Positions 31,858 to 45,397 of a DNA stretch of 50,963 nt are shown in pieces. The DNA comes from Octopus bimaculoides (lineage: Eukaryota), in assembly GCF_001194135.2 (NCBI RefSeq), contig NC_068994.1, forward strand, positions 24,777,202 to 24,828,164. The letters run 5' to 3'. A program made the translations under genes and the position numbers. A model generated the notes under the pieces. It did not search any database, was not told where the DNA came from, and saw only the letters and a list, made by a program, of their open reading frames with translations. Position 1 is the stretch's first letter, and each line of letters begins with the position of its first letter.

Positions 31858-32640
31858 TTATATTTTGCATTTGCGGCTCTGTTGGTGGCTAATGAGCCCT
31901 GCTCTTGACNNNNNNNNNNATATTTTGCATTTGCGGCTCTGTTGGTGGCTAATGAGCCCTGCTCTTGACAAGCATACACAACTGCAAATATTGCAGACCA
32001 AGCTTTCCCCATTCACTATACGAGCCATGCGCTTTCGTACAGCTTGCTTAAGTTCTTCATGCCGGATATGTGCTCTCTCAAAAGTGTCGATCCCCTCCTT
32101 AACCTGCTTCCTCCATCTGTGGCGATGACAGGCATTGTTCTCCCAGCCAGTGTCCTGCATATCACAAGCCTTTAATGAGGACTTGACACAGTCCTTAAAG
32201 TTCAGCCTTGGTTTCTGCCGGAGTCTCCTTCCATTCACAAATTCTCCATAGAGCATCTGCTTAGGAATCTTGCTATCCTTCATTCTAATAAGGTGTCCAG
32301 TCCCACGTAACCGGTGCTTGTTCACCACTGCCTCAATACTCAAGACATCAGCTGTCCTCAGGACCTGTGTGTCTGGAATTTTTGAGGTCCAGCCAGCATT
32401 GAGAATGTGTCTGAGACATCTCTGATGAAGGTGTTTGAGGACCCTTACCTGACGTTTGTACAGAGTCCATGTCTCACAAGAGTAGAGGAGCAATGTCAGT
32501 ACACATGCACGGTACACAGCAACTTTTGTTTGCCTTGCGATGCCATGCTGGGACCAGACACGAGACTGAAGAGACCGGAAGGAATTAGTTGCTCTCTGCA
32601 ACCTGAGAGATATTTCCTCATCCAGGGAGCAAGAACAGCT
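31858..32640 (-). mobile_element. RTE/BovB-like LINE 3' coding fragment with terminal C2H2-like finger
   Basis: DEEISLRLQRA...TKVAVYRACVLTLLLYSCETW...HQRCLRHIL...IPKQMLYGE...CNICSCVCLSRAGLISHQQ. Confidence 0.88.
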
Positions 32641-32682
32641 GAGTGTGCTGCATATATATATATGTACATACCTACATATATA

Positions 32683-33215
32683 TTGGGTTGGCAACTAGAT
32701 CCCACTGTTTTTTTTAATTTAAATTTTTTTAAAGTTTTAATAAAAAGTAACAGCTAATTAATCAATAATGTATTCACCCTTGTTTTTTACAACTTCTTCC
32801 CAACGTTCAACAAAATTTTCAATACCTCATTGGTTGAAATAACCCGATTTCAACTCGAAAAATTGATCCAAGCATGCTCTCAGTTCTGCATCAGTATGGA
32901 ACAAAACTCCGTACATAGCATTTGAAAGAGATCAAAAGAGGAGGAAATTCATTGGTGCCAAATCAGGAGAGTACAGCGGGTGTGGCAGCACTTCCCAGCC
33001 ATGCGCTTGAATGGCTTCCTTGGTCATATTGGCAATATAAGGGTGGACGTTGTCATACAGCAGAAGAACTCCATGCACAACATCATTTTACACGGATGAA
33101 GCTCTTGTTTCACGTGTGGTGTCGCTTGTTTACCGGGACTAAGGCATACCTTACGCTGCTTCATATTGATGTACAGGCACCATATTTCGTCGCCAGTAAC
33201 GATTCAGTAAAGAAA
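32683..33215 (-). mobile_element. Mariner transposase C-terminal relic with one TIR
   Basis: LLYDNVHPY...GWEVLPHPLYSPDLAP...GIENFVERWEEVVKNKGEYIID*; TA|ttgggttggcaacta TIR-like end at 32683. Confidence 0.85.
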
Positions 33216-34168
33216 TATATTTATGTATTTACTATCGATTTTGTTATCGTAAGCATGCTTATTCGTATTATTTCATCACTTTATAGTTTTGTACCTTGTA
33301 TTGCTATTCATTTAGGTTAATTACCGTAACTTAATATGATACAACATTAATGGTTAATTATATTTACACTCCATCTTTAATTTTCCTTCCTTATAAACGT
33401 TTTATTTACGTTAGTTGTATATAAAGAATTCATTGGATTCTCTCCCTTTCTTCCAAATTACAATGAATTTTTATTACCATTATTATTAACTTTAAGATTT
33501 GTCTGCGGTTCATTATGTCTTCCTTTAATTTAAACTCTTAGTAGAGCGTTCATAGCCTCTCTCCCTAAACAGCTCCCTGTAAACTAGTGTTCTTGTTTCT
33601 AACAGTCATTTAACTTAGCTTTATAGTGGTAGTCCTCGTATGTAACCTTAGCATTCAGTGCAAGTCTTGCATTTTTAATATGGTTCCCTGAAGATTAAAT
33701 TATATGTATACCAGCATCTCTTACTTCTTTGGAGTAGAGTGCATATAATTTTTGAAACATATGTAGGAATTAAAGGAACTTATTGATTATATGCATTTTG
33801 TTCCATTTATTATTATTCTTTATATCAACTCAAAATACATCACTTTAACATGGAAACCCTTTATCCGGGCTTGATATCCCAGTTTTTTTGTGTGTTTTTT
33901 GCTGCCCTGGTAACTATTAACATATTTGCATTATCAAAGTTTTTCAACCAAGATAATATTAATATATACATCCATATATATATATATATAAGGCAGGATG
34001 TGTGTATGTGTACGTGATTGTACTTTATGCACGTCCACAAATTAGCATGCATGTCGCTNNNNNNNNNNNNNNNNNNNNNNNNNNNNNNNNNNNNNNNNNN
34101 NNNNNNNNNNNNNNNNNNNNNNNNNNNNNNNNNNNNNNNNNNNNNNNNNNNNNNNNNNTTCTCTTTAA

Positions 34169-34196
34169 CCCGGGCAAAGCCGGGTATTTCTGCTAG
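34169..34196 (+). mobile_element. Helitron-type 3' terminus
   Basis: GC hairpin cccgg-gcaaag-ccggg, 8 nt, then CTAG followed by T; the body is hidden in the preceding gap. Confidence 0.7.
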
Positions 34197-34240
34197 TATT
34201 AATATATATATATAAACTTACATATATATATGTCTATATA

Positions 34241-34297
<57 letters not shown>

Positions 34298-34301
<4 letters not shown>

Positions 34302-34450
34302 TCTTCATCGTCGTTTAACGTCCGCTTTCCATGCTGGCATGGGTTGGACGATTTGACTGAGGACTGGTGAAACCAGTTGGCTACACCAGGCTCCAATCTG
34401 ATTTGGCAGAGTTTCTACAACTGGATGCCCTTCCTAACGCCAACCACTCA
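34298..34450 (-). mobile_element. Solo RTE 3' tail
   Basis: Reverse complement of 30540-30683; abuts (TA)n. Confidence 0.85.
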
Positions 34451-34741
34451 GAGTGGACTTTGAAATAAATGAATGAAGTGGCTAGGACATGGGAGCACAG
34501 GACTTTGTAATTTCACATAATTCTGTAAGGTAATTAACATAGCAATATAAGACAATTATAGAATAGCTAAGATTATGTAAAATTATACATAACTCTATTT
34601 AGGGTATAAAGTGATCCAATGTACAATTATTGTCACATCATCATCACTACAACACAATGCAGTTGAGAAAGACTACCATGACTATCAACATCATCACCAC
34701 CACCACCATCATCATCATACTCTCCTATCATTTCTCTTTTC

Positions 34742-36130
34742 ATTGGATCAGGTGATGAAAGTTACGGAGAGAGTCATAGCCAAATTAATTAGGAAGAGAG
34801 TTAGCCTAGATGACATGCAATTTGGTTTCGTGCCAGGAAGAAGCACCACTGATGTTATATTTCTGGTAAGACAGCTGCAGGAGAAATACATAGCCAAAGA
34901 TAAACCTCAGTACTTGGCCTTTGTTGACTTGGAGAAAGCCTTTGACAAGGTCCGCTGATTCCTTATCTGGTGGTCAGTGCAGAAACTAAGGATAGACGAG
35001 TGGTTTGTGAGAGCTGTACAACCTATGCACAGGGTCGCTACCAGTAAGGTGAGGGTTGGCAATGAGTACAGTGAAGAATTCAGAGTACAAGTAGGGGTTC
35101 ATCAAGGATCGGTGCTCAGTCCCCGCTTGTTCATCATAATCCTCCTGGCAATAACAGAGGAATTTAAGACAGCTACCCCTGGAAGTTTCTCTATGCTGAT
35201 AACCTTGCTCTTATAGCTGAATCACTACCAGAACTAGAGAAGTTCCAGGTACAGAAGCAAGGTCTAGAATCGAAGGGCCTTAGAGTTAACCTAGCAAAAA
35301 CCAAAGTTTTAGTAAGTATGAAGGCAGACAAATCACAAATCCCTTCAGGTAGATGGCCCTGCTCAATCTGTTGAAGAGCCATTGGAACTCCATAAGATGC
35401 ACCTGGTGTAAGCTTTGGACACATAAAAGGTGCAGCAATATCAGAGGAAGGTTAACAGGGAAACTAGCTTTTATATGTAGAAGATGCATAGGTACAATAA
35501 ACGCTGAAAATGTGCAGAAAATTGACCCCATCAACTGCCGGTGGGGCAAGCTAGAGGTAGTAGATAACTTCCATTATCTAGGTGACCAAGTTAGTAGTGG
35601 AGGCAAATGCTGTCAGAGCATACCTGTGAGAATAAGATTAGGCTGGGCAAAGTTCAGAGAGCTCCTACCTCTGCTGGCAACAAAGGCCACTCTCTCTCTC
35701 TCTCTCAGAGTGAAAGGCAGATTGTCTGTTACCTGTGTGCAAACAGCCATGCTACATGGCAGTGAAACATGGGCTGTGACAGCCAAAGACTTGCATAGGC
35801 TTGAAAGAAATGAAGCCAGTATGCTTCACTGGATGTGCAATGTCAGTATGCATTTTCAACAGAATGTAAGCATCTTGAGAGAACAGTTAGGCATAAGAGG
35901 CATAGGATGTGGTGTGCAAGAGAGATGACTGTGCTGGTATGGTCATATGATGCATATGGATGAGGACAGCTGTGTAAAGAAATGCTTATCTCTAACTGTG
36001 GAGGGAACCTGTGGAAGAGGTAGACCCAGAAAGTCATAGGACAAAGTGGTGAAGCATGATCTTTGAACTTTGAGCCTCACAGAGGCAATGACCAAGACCT
36101 TTGACATTATGTCGTGCTTGAGAAGAAGAC
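34742..36130 (+). mobile_element. RTE-clade LINE fragment, same family as 28942-30683
   Basis: QFGFVPGRSTTD, FVDLEKAFDKV, GVHQGSVLSP, PHD-like insert, FHYLGD, HGSETW. Confidence 0.88.
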
Positions 36131-36169
36131 CCATCAAGCTGAGCAAAATCACAGTTGTAGCAGATACTG

Positions 36170-36214
<45 letters not shown>

Positions 36215-36276
36215 CATACACACACATATGTAAAANNNNNNNNNNCTGAGCAAAATCACAGTTGTAGCAGATACTG

Positions 36277-36321
<45 letters not shown>

Positions 36322-36720
36322 CATACACACACATATGTAAAATACACTTTAAAGAAATACAGTTTCCCCAAAATTAAACATATCTAATATAATAAATGTG
36401 AATGTCAGTGTGTCACACTTTTTCAACTTTACTCCTAGAGACTTTGGTCCAACATATCATACCATTTTGGAATCTGGCTGACTCCACAAGTAAATTAAAA
36501 ACTTTCTGGGCCGAATCCAGACCTGTAATCCTGAAATTTTAGATTCCTATGTTTTCATTAGTGCGATTATTATTATTATTATTATTGAGTGCAATTAGTA
36601 AATGCCTTACATCTAAATTTATTGATGAGAAAGTAAAAAATATGCTACTCTCCAACATGCCCATTGAAGTCCCCAGCCACAAGTTTTTTTTATTCTCTCT
36701 CTCTCTATTTTTTCTTATTC

Positions 36721-36756
36721 CTTTCTGTTGAAGGGCGTAGGCTTGAAACATAAAAG
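36721..36756 (+). ncRNA. Degenerate minimal type I hammerhead motif (probably inactive)
   Basis: CUUU-CUGUUGA-A-GGGC[GUAG]GCUU-GAAAC-AU-A/AAAG. The layout is complete, but there is an A6U change and a C.A mismatch in stem III. Confidence 0.5.
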
Positions 36757-37689
36757 ACTTTCTCACTTTCCCAGGCATCAGACTAATAGACCTGCTTGTT
36801 ATTCATACACCTGTCTTTGTCTTTTGTTTTTCTGTAAATTTCAACTATATATATATATATCAAATGAATGTCTTATAAAACTATTCTTCACATACCAACA
36901 ATCCAACACACCTCCATCATCAGCTGCCCCATGGATGCCACTATGGTTTTGACACCTGGGCAGTACCATTCAAACCAGCATTGTTAGCAGTACTAAAATA
37001 AGTGTTGTTTTGGAACAAACATACCTTAGATATTACCACATTCATTCAATCTTAATTCTAGGAGGGATTAAACACTAACATTATTAATTAAACTACAACA
37101 AAGAAACACATTTACCCTATGTACAAAAACAATATCGGTAAATTAATGCTATAAATAAACCAGTTACTAATTCCTAAGTTATCCAAATAAATAGCAACCT
37201 AGCCCTTGAAGTCCATGCAGATAATATCCCCACCAGTTACATAGATATACCAAAACAAACATTTAAAAAACCCAAATCCTTTCTTAATTGTTAAAACTAT
37301 ATCTAGAAAAATATCTGATGACACACTTAGATAAATTAGATACTTAATTAGTTTCTTTTATCCCAAATTCAAGAGTCTATTAAAAACAAGAGATACTTAT
37401 TAATAATTCATTTTTAAAATTATTTTTCTCATTTTTAGCCGTTAGGAAATAATCAGATTACAAACATCATTGCTTATAGGGTTTATGGATACCAAATAGA
37501 CCTTCTCCAGGTTTATTTATATCAAAAATAAATATATAATTTTATGTTTTTGTTTTGCAAGATTCTTGATGTGAAATCATGTTGAAACAGATATTGTTAT
37601 ATTTGGAGATGGTCATTTTGCCAATAAACACATGTACTACTGCATGTGTTTATTGGCAAAATGTAAAAATATATATTTTGGATGAATTT

Positions 37690-37990
37690 GGTGCAGGTGT
37701 AGCTCTATGGTTGAGAAGCTTGCTTCCCAACCATAGTCTTGATTTCAGTTCCACTGTGTGGTGCTATGGTCAAATGTAGTCTTGATTTCAGTTCCACTGT
37801 GTGGTACCACGACTTTTTTTGTTGACCTTGGTTGACCAAAGCCTTATAAGAAGTATTGATAAATGGGAAGTGAAAGAAATCCATCTTGCATGTGTGTGTA
37901 TTTGTATATACATATGTGTGTGTGTGTGTGTATATGTATTTATGTTTATACGTATGTGAGAGTGCACGCATGTGTGTCTACCCTTATCTT
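37690..37990 (+). mobile_element. tRNA-headed SINE (degenerate, small internal duplication)
   Basis: gtagctctatggttgagaagcttgcttcccaacc head; ttgatttcagttccactgtgtggt occurs twice (37739, 37782). Confidence 0.7.
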
Positions 37991-39470
37991 GACATCATGA
38001 TGGTTGTAAATGAGCATCATTGTACAACCAATGATGTTTATTGCCAATCTACCATAAAAAACATGCCTGACCACAGAGATTTTACCTTACCTGGAAATAA
38101 GTGAAGACATATATAGCAGGATGGGTATCAGGTTGTAGAAAACTTGCCTCAACAGTCTCACCCATACAAGCATGAAAAAGTGGATGCTAAATGATTAGAA
38201 ACAATTGTGTGGGTAAAGTAGTAGAACACTTCCACATTTTGAAATTGGGCTAATCATACCAACTCTTATGCAAATGTAAGAAATCAAGTACCTGAGTGAC
38301 AGACCTATGTACTAACTCCCTAATTATGATTACTTATCCTATGTAAAGTATCTTTTCTAGTAATCTATTTTTACATGACATAATCAATATATTCATGATA
38401 AAAATATTGTTTTTACATTTTGTCTTTATTTTCATATGCTTACAGGTTTTGGACTGTCATTAAATATACAACATAAACAATCTGAACTAAATACTGAGAC
38501 ATTTACTCATCACCCCACTGTCTTGCTGCTTTTCTCAAGTGTAAGTTATCTTAAGGTTCTTTTACCATTTGATCATGTGAGTATAACAAGATCATTTTGT
38601 TGTGTGGCAAAACAATTTTACTGTGTCTTATATCACTTTAGCTTGTAGTAGGTGTTTATAGAGAAGTTATATGTGATAGTCTATCATCTTCTCACGAAGA
38701 AAAGTTTTCTCTCATCTGTATAATGTTAGAGTTTGCAAACAAATCGAAACGGAAACTGAGTAACGGCAGTGGCAGCAGCGGAACAGCGCTTGTTGTTTGA
38801 TGGTAATTTCTTGTTACGGTTTTCTGTTGAGTGTTTATGTTTGCCAAAGAGTTATAATGGCTTTGTAGAAAGCGTACTTTAACTTGGATAAAGGACTCTC
38901 TCTTTATCTGACAACAACAAAGTATGTATAAACAAAGAGTAGGCAACTGCTTGTGAATACTAAGTTCTTCTTTGGTGTACAATGTACTTTCAGCATAGAC
39001 AAATTGATATCAACAAGTTCAAGATAAGAGCTAGCTGAACTCCAAGATATAAGACAATCTCGAGAAGAAACTATGGAAGCTGAAAGTTCCCTTGGTCAAA
39101 TGTAAGATCAAAGTAACACTCGGTGATGTGTGACAAGATGGAAGAGAAAATAGTGATTTTCAACATAGAGGAGCCTCTATGAGACTGTCTATTGTGAGCA
39201 ATGGATCAGATCTGTGTATAAAGTAACTAAAAGGAAGATGGCATTGTACAATTCATAGAATAAAGTAATTAAAAGGAAGGTAAAATTGTACAATACATAG
39301 AACCATAAAAACTAAAAGACAGGCCTAGAAAGATTGGAAAAAAAGGGAAAGATCAAGATCTTCTTAGCTAAGAGCAAACCACTATACCTAGCAGTCATCA
39401 AGCTGAAATTAAGATTTGCTAATGCTCTACAATGAAAGGATCAGAGGTATGAGGTGTTCTGTGTTATAAG

Positions 39471-39514
<44 letters not shown>

Positions 39515-39941
39515 CGAAAGTGTTATTGGGGAAAACTTTTCCTGAACAACACAAAGAAAAGATGCAAGAAAATATTTCTCTGAAAGGTTTTGAATGAGGA
39601 GAATGTGAAAGAGAATAGGGGTCTGGGATCTTTTCAGTTTGGCTGCCAATTTTTGAAAATTTTTAAATTTGGTAGTTTTCCAAGCTGAATCTCAGAAAAT
39701 NNNNNNNNNNNNNNNNNNNNNNNNNNNNNNNNNNNNNNNNNNNNNNNNNNNNNNNNNNNNNNNNNNNNNNNNNNNNNNNNNNNNNNNNNNNNNNNNNNNN
39801 NNNNNNNNNNNNNNNNNNNNNNNNNNNNNNNNNNNNNNNNNNNNNNNNNNNNNNNNNNNNNNNNNNNNNNNNNNNNNNNNNNNNNNNNNNNNNNNNNNNN
39901 NNNNNNNNNNNNNNNNNNNNNNNNNNNNNNNNNNNNNNNNN

Positions 39942-40140
39942 TATATGTATGTTTGTGTGTCTGTGTTTGTCCCCTCAACATTACTTGACAACCGATGCAA
40001 CTTAGTGATTTGGCAAAAGAGACCAATAGAATAAGTACTAGGCTTCCAAAGAATAAGTCCTGGGGTCAATTTACTCGACTTAAGGCGATGTTCCAGCATG
40101 GCCACAGTCAAATGACTGAAACAAGTAAAAGAGAGTAAAG
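39942..40140 (+). mobile_element. SINE 3' half
   Basis: gaataagtactaggctt...ccagcatggccacagtcaaatgactgaaacaagtaaaag, the same tail as 31298-31500. Confidence 0.8.
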
Positions 40141-40689
40141 GTTTAAAATTTGACAACTTTCACTCAGTCAGAAAACAGGATTTGGAAGCTGTCATTTTGC
40201 ATGTGACAGCATGTGTTGTCAACTGTAAACAAATGAAATACTGGTGGAATTCTGCTTTATGTGTGCCATGTAACCCCTCGTAACTTTTTTTATTTTTTAG
40301 AATTTTCAGAAAACGTTTGCAAATTTGTATTCTACACGCAGGAATTTATATGATTATGCTAAAACCAAAACAAAAACTTTGGGGGTGCATGATTTAAGGC
40401 CTATTTGGCTGTTATTTTTAGCACATTTGATCACCACCTCATTGATTAGAATATATTTGTCAACATGTGCTTTCTTGCAGACAAAAGAGTTCTTATACTT
40501 GGCTTATTACTATGGAAACTGGCATGAATGTGTCTGGCTTACGATTAGCTGAAATTACTCAAAATTCACAAACTCTTTATTTATTGATTCATGGCAAAAA
40601 GGAATTTTAAGACATTAATTAGCATATAAAACTATCATTACATCGAATATGAAATCAGTTCGAACAGAAATTAAAGAGATTGATAATTG

Positions 40690-41950
40690 GCAGCCAAACA
40701 AAAGATTCAATGGCTGTCCCAGTTAGAACCAACTGAGGATCTGGCTATTAACAGCTGTAAAGTCAAAAGCAAGATTAAGGAAATGAAAGCAAGAAAAACA
40801 ACTGTATTATCAGAGATAGTTGCTGAGACGCTGAAAATATCAAGCGAAATTGGATCTGCACATATCACTTGTTTAGTCTATGAAGTAGTACAGAGAAGTG
40901 TCAGACCCTATAATTTGCATAGGACTATGATCAACTACTATAATTAATATAGTAATATCATAATGGTGAATGGGCATGTGCTGAGGAGGGAGCAGGTTCT
41001 GAAGAGGGTGCTAGAGTTCGAGGTAAATGGACAGCGAAAGCGAGGTAGAATGAGGAAAATGTGATGGAGACAGGTGGAGGAGGAGATTGGGAGGGTTGGT
41101 TTGAGAAGGGAGGATGCCCAAAACCGGGCAAGATGATGTGAGGGTGGTTGCTATGGCATTGAGGTAGATCCAGCCACCCCAGTTAACGGAGACAAAACCC
41201 GGATTCAAAATGATGGATGATGATAATGACAAAGGAGATACTTTAGAAAGAAGCGAGTATAGAGGCTTCAAATTGATGGAACAAGTTATGAAAGTAACAA
41301 GAGAATTAACTTAGATGAGATACAGTTTGGGTTTGTGCCAGGATAATGACATTCTTTCTGTCCTCTTTTTAGTGAGACAACTACAGAAGTTTTTTAGCTA
41401 AGAACAAGTAGTATTCATCAACTTGGAGGAGAATCTAAACATGGTAACATACTCTGTAGTCTGGTAGTTGGAAATAAAACTAGGTGGTTTGTGAGAGCTA
41501 TGTAAGCTATATACAGATGTGTTGTACACGATGAAAGTTAACAATGAGTCCAATGAGGAATTTAGTAGGTATATACTTGGGCTTAGTTTCTACCTCACAC
41601 TTGTTTACCATGGTTTTCCAAGTCATAACAGAAGTTTAAGGCTCTGCTGTCCTTGAGATCTTCTGTATGTCAACCACTTCTCATTTGAATCTGTCAAAGA
41701 ATTAGAGGAAAAATTACAAACATACAAGTAAAAAAAAAACCAAAGTAAACCTCCCAAAGATGAAGTTTTAGTAAACTTGTTAGAAGACAGATCTTCTGCG
41801 ATCTGAGAAGTAGCCATTCTCAATATGCAAGAAAAAGTTGGTAGGAATTCTGTACAGTGTACCCAATGAAAATGCAAATTATGGAACCATGGATGCACAA
41901 GTTATGCAGTGGAATCTCAGGTAGGTTGAGAGCAAAAGATTATATGGTAG
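40690..41950 (+). mobile_element. Highly decayed RTE-like remnants, with a second RTE 3' end at about 40975-41230
   Basis: Residual similarity to 34742-35500 (gatgagatacagtttgggtttgtgccagg; gtgagacaactacag); GHVLRRE...RGR-like stretch ending in (GAT)-like repeats. Confidence 0.55.
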
Positions 41951-42004
41951 AACTCCTTCAAATGCCTGGAAGGCTCTCAAAGAGTGCTTGACAACTTCTT
42001 TAAT

Positions 42005-42206
42005 TTAGACCTTTAGCATTTAAACTGACCATCTCTGGCCCAAGCCAACCTGATCTGGCTTCTCCCCTATCCTATGATGTCATTCTAAAAATAAACAATC
42101 ATATTATTGAAATTTCAATGTTAGAAGATAATGCATGGTTCATCTAAAACAGTTTGAATAATTAAGTCTTATATTTGAAAGAGTAATCTGAATAATAAAG
42201 GGTTAA
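42005..42206. mobile_element. MITE with TTAA-CCCTTT-type ends (piggyBac-like), left end degenerate
   Basis: Left ttagacctttagcattt versus right aatctgaataataaagggttaa. Confidence 0.45.
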
Positions 42207-42403
42207 ATGATATAATTAGCAGTAGAGTTGCTTATTCTAAAAGTATGGTAGCTAAAGAAAGAATTGTAAAAGGGGCTGTTATCTCTGCTGGCCACAAAAA
42301 GATTCTCTGATTGTATGATGCTTGTGTATGAAGTGTAAGACTTCATAGTAGTGAGCCATGCACACTGAACATAGAAAATATACAAGGAGTATGTACTCTA
42401 CTG

Positions 42404-42488
42404 CAGTGGTTCTCAACCCTTTTATTTAAATGAGTATTCCCACAGACTCCTTTTAATATGCTTATCCTTATGTATGTGTATGTATATA

Positions 42489-42555
<67 letters not shown>

Positions 42556-42700
42556 TCATCATCATCATCATCATCGTTTAACGTCCGCTTTCCATGCTAG
42601 CATGGGTTGGACGATTTGACTGAGGACTGGTGAAACCAGATGGCTACACCAGGCTCGAAATTTTGAATTTAGTTCACGGACCCCAGGTTGGGAACCACTA
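42404..42700. mobile_element. hAT-type MITE with 8-bp TSD, containing (TA)n and an RTE tail
   Basis: TIRs cagtggttctcaacc / ggttgggaaccacta (13/15); TSD ctctactg at 42396-42403 and 42701-42708; nested RTE tail at 42553-42657. Confidence 0.9.
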
Positions 42701-44229
42701 CTCTACTGATGTATAATGTTAGTGTGAACAAATGGCAAACCACAAATATGTTGAAAGAAAAACTGAATATATGTATTGTGCAAAGGAGGAAGCTGTTTCC
42801 ATGCTGGACTGGGTTGAATATTACTGTTAACCTAGACAAGTGAGGGACAATATCTCATATGTACCTTCCATTTTCCGTTTGGTTTTTATGGCTGGATGCC
42901 CTTCCTAACACCAAATTCTATAAAGGGTATACTAAATGCATTTTATTCTGACACCAGCCCTGGTGAGATTGTCTTGTTCTCTGTAAGATTAAAAATTCTT
43001 CATCTCTATACATTCATTTCTGTTCATTTGAAGCAATATAACAAACATGAATAAAAGAAAGAGCAATGACTGAAGAGGTGACAGAAGAGAGTATGATGGG
43101 AGAAACTGAGATTGGTGTGTGATGGTGGTAGAGGAAGGAGTGATAGTAGCCACATAATTGCTGGTGAGAGAGATCTCAAGTGATGGATACTAATAGAGAT
43201 GATGCATTAATGCAAGAGAGAGTGACCTTGGGGTAAAGAAGTGTTGGCTAGCAGCATAGAAGGGTGATAGTATGGTATATTTGAATGTGGACAATCCATT
43301 TTCACACAGGTAGTATAATGAGAGGGCAGATGAGTGATAAGAAACCATTATTCTTGTTTAATCCCAGGTCAGCTGTGATAAAGCAGATTTATAGTTAGAG
43401 AATTTCAACCATGACTATCCATCTTATTTTTAAGACATTATTCAGTGTTTCTGCCTTTTTAAATGGTACAGTGTAGTTTTTTGGGACTAGTTGCTATTTA
43501 TAGTAAGTCTGGTAGCCTTATAGGAGGCTCCCTTGTTATTTCAGAGTTCTTGTTATTGTCTGTAGTCTTTTGAGAAAATATTATGATTAAGGGTGTTGGA
43601 ATGATAGAATTAGTAGAGTGACAATAGTACATATCTGTATGTAAATGATTTTTGAGTGTGATGTTAAGGAAAAATGAAAACTAATTCCATTATCATAGGA
43701 GTATTTTAGGCTAGATATAATAGCAAAGAACCCATTGATATGTGGATAAATGAGTGTAGGGATCTGAAACATACTAAGATTATTAGAACGTGAGTCAGAA
43801 AGGAGCTCATTGATATATGCTTAAATGGAACAGTGTGACAGGAAACATCTAATTCAAGATTTGAGATATTGGTGAAACTGGCAATTTTGCTAGTTCTTGG
43901 TTGGATTCTGTTGATGACACTGGTAATACAATACTTTCATTAAAATTCCTATGGATAAGACACCTCTAGTGTGTGATATAGGACAGTAGATCTAAATCCT
44001 TGAGTATTGTATTGTTAATCACTAAGAAGCAAAAATAAACTAAATGGGTCATTCCAGCTAATTTCACCCAGGGTCTGTCCTGGAGGTGCTCGTGCTTTTT
44101 TTCAAATTTTCACCATTTATTTTTATTTATGGGAGAAGTAAGGCCTGAAAATTGCAATGGAAGAGCATTAATTGTTCTTATTTTATGGCTATGTAAAGTT
44201 TCAGGCTTTTTGAGGCACATAAAATACAC

Positions 44230-44446
44230 CATTTTGAGCGTGGCCGTTGCCAGTACCGCCTGACTGGCCTTCGTGCGGGTGACACGTAAAAGCACCCACT
44301 ACACTCTCTGAGTGGTTGGCGTTAGGAAGGGCATCCAGCTGTAGAAACTCTGCTAAATCAGATTGGAGCCTGGTGTAGCCATCTGGTTTCACCAGTCCTC
44401 AGTCAAATCGTCCAACCCGTGCTAGCATGGAAAGCGAGCGTTAAAC

Positions 44447-44485
<39 letters not shown>

Positions 44486-44487
44486 CT
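44230..44487 (+). mobile_element. Solo RTE 3' tail with expanded (GAT)n
   Basis: Homologous to 30480-30683. Confidence 0.85.
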
Positions 44488-44779
44488 ATCCTAACCTTTG
44501 GACACCCTAAAAATGGACCAAATTCAGAAATTGTGAAAATCTTTCAAGTGCAAGGGCCTGAATAATCCATGTGCAACAATTTCTTTGAAACTTATTTGCT
44601 TTAAAATATTGATCTATCAACTCTACAATCACATTCATGTTATTGGCAAACAGGTCCTTGCATTTCCAGAACAGCTTTCTTAATTCAGGGGTTACAGGAC
44701 AGGAAAAATAACATTTAGGCAACCATATTTTCTTTTGTCATGTACTATGTTAATTGTCAAACAAAAGCATTAAAGTATT

Positions 44780-45230
44780 TGCATCAGTGACCACAAAACA
44801 CATCAAACCCATATGTCCTTTTGTTGAAAAATTATCTATTTCAGTGATGATTCAGTTGTCCAATATAAGAACTACAACTTCACCAGTTTACTATGTCATG
44901 AGTTTGATTTCAACCTTAAGGCAGAGTGGCATTTCTTTGCTTCTTTTCACAGAAAGAATGCCTGTGTTGGGGTTGGTAGTACTTTCAAATGACTAACTGG
45001 TCATGCCAGCTTACTGGGGTCAATTTATAACCAAATTCTAATGCCAAATCAATTGTTTGAGTTTTCCCAAAAGAAAATACCTGGGGTAACCATTTTCTTC
45101 ATTGTTTCCAAATCTGTAAATAATACTGCTCAGTTTCTAGAACCCAGATTTTTGAATGCCCTAAAATTCAAAGCTATTCATAAAGACCATCAATTTATTC
45201 CATATGGCAATGATATTTCCGTGAACCAAA
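44780..45230 (+). pseudogene. DDE-type transposase-like relic, superfamily not assigned
   Basis: Manual translation: YFSDDSVVQYKNYNF...AEWHFFASFHRKNACVGVGSTFK*LTGHASL...QILMPNQLFEF..KKIPGVTIFF...FLEPRF...HQFIP, resembling the FSDG..QYKN / AEWHFFATSHGK..CDG pattern. Confidence 0.6.
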
Positions 45231-45397
45231 ATGGAGATTTTGAAGTTAGTAAGTTGATAATGCATGCAACCTGATGCGTATAACCTCAAAATTGATAAAA
45301 TCTTACCTGATTCATTTTATGCACATGACTATGATAAAGATGGGCACTTTGACATTATGAATTATATTTTATTTTAGAACCTTGATGTAAATATCAA

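Noticed and set aside
31860-31969. Exact 50-bp direct repeat around a 10-N gap
   Set aside because: Unmerged contig overlap, an assembly artefact.
34611-34958. Poly-His ORF
   Set aside because: A (CAT/CAC)n microsatellite fused by chance to an RTE RT fragment.
36139-36341. Direct repeat of about 97 bp around a 10-N gap
   Set aside because: Same artefact as 31860-31969.
38692-38982. Possible host exon (also 47578-48039)
   Set aside because: No recognisable domain, no supported splice structure, and composition consistent with chance ORFs.
44380-44405. CUGAGGA...GAAAC on the antisense of RTE tails
   Set aside because: Only 5 nt lie between the core and GAAA, so there is no stem II, and stem III does not close.
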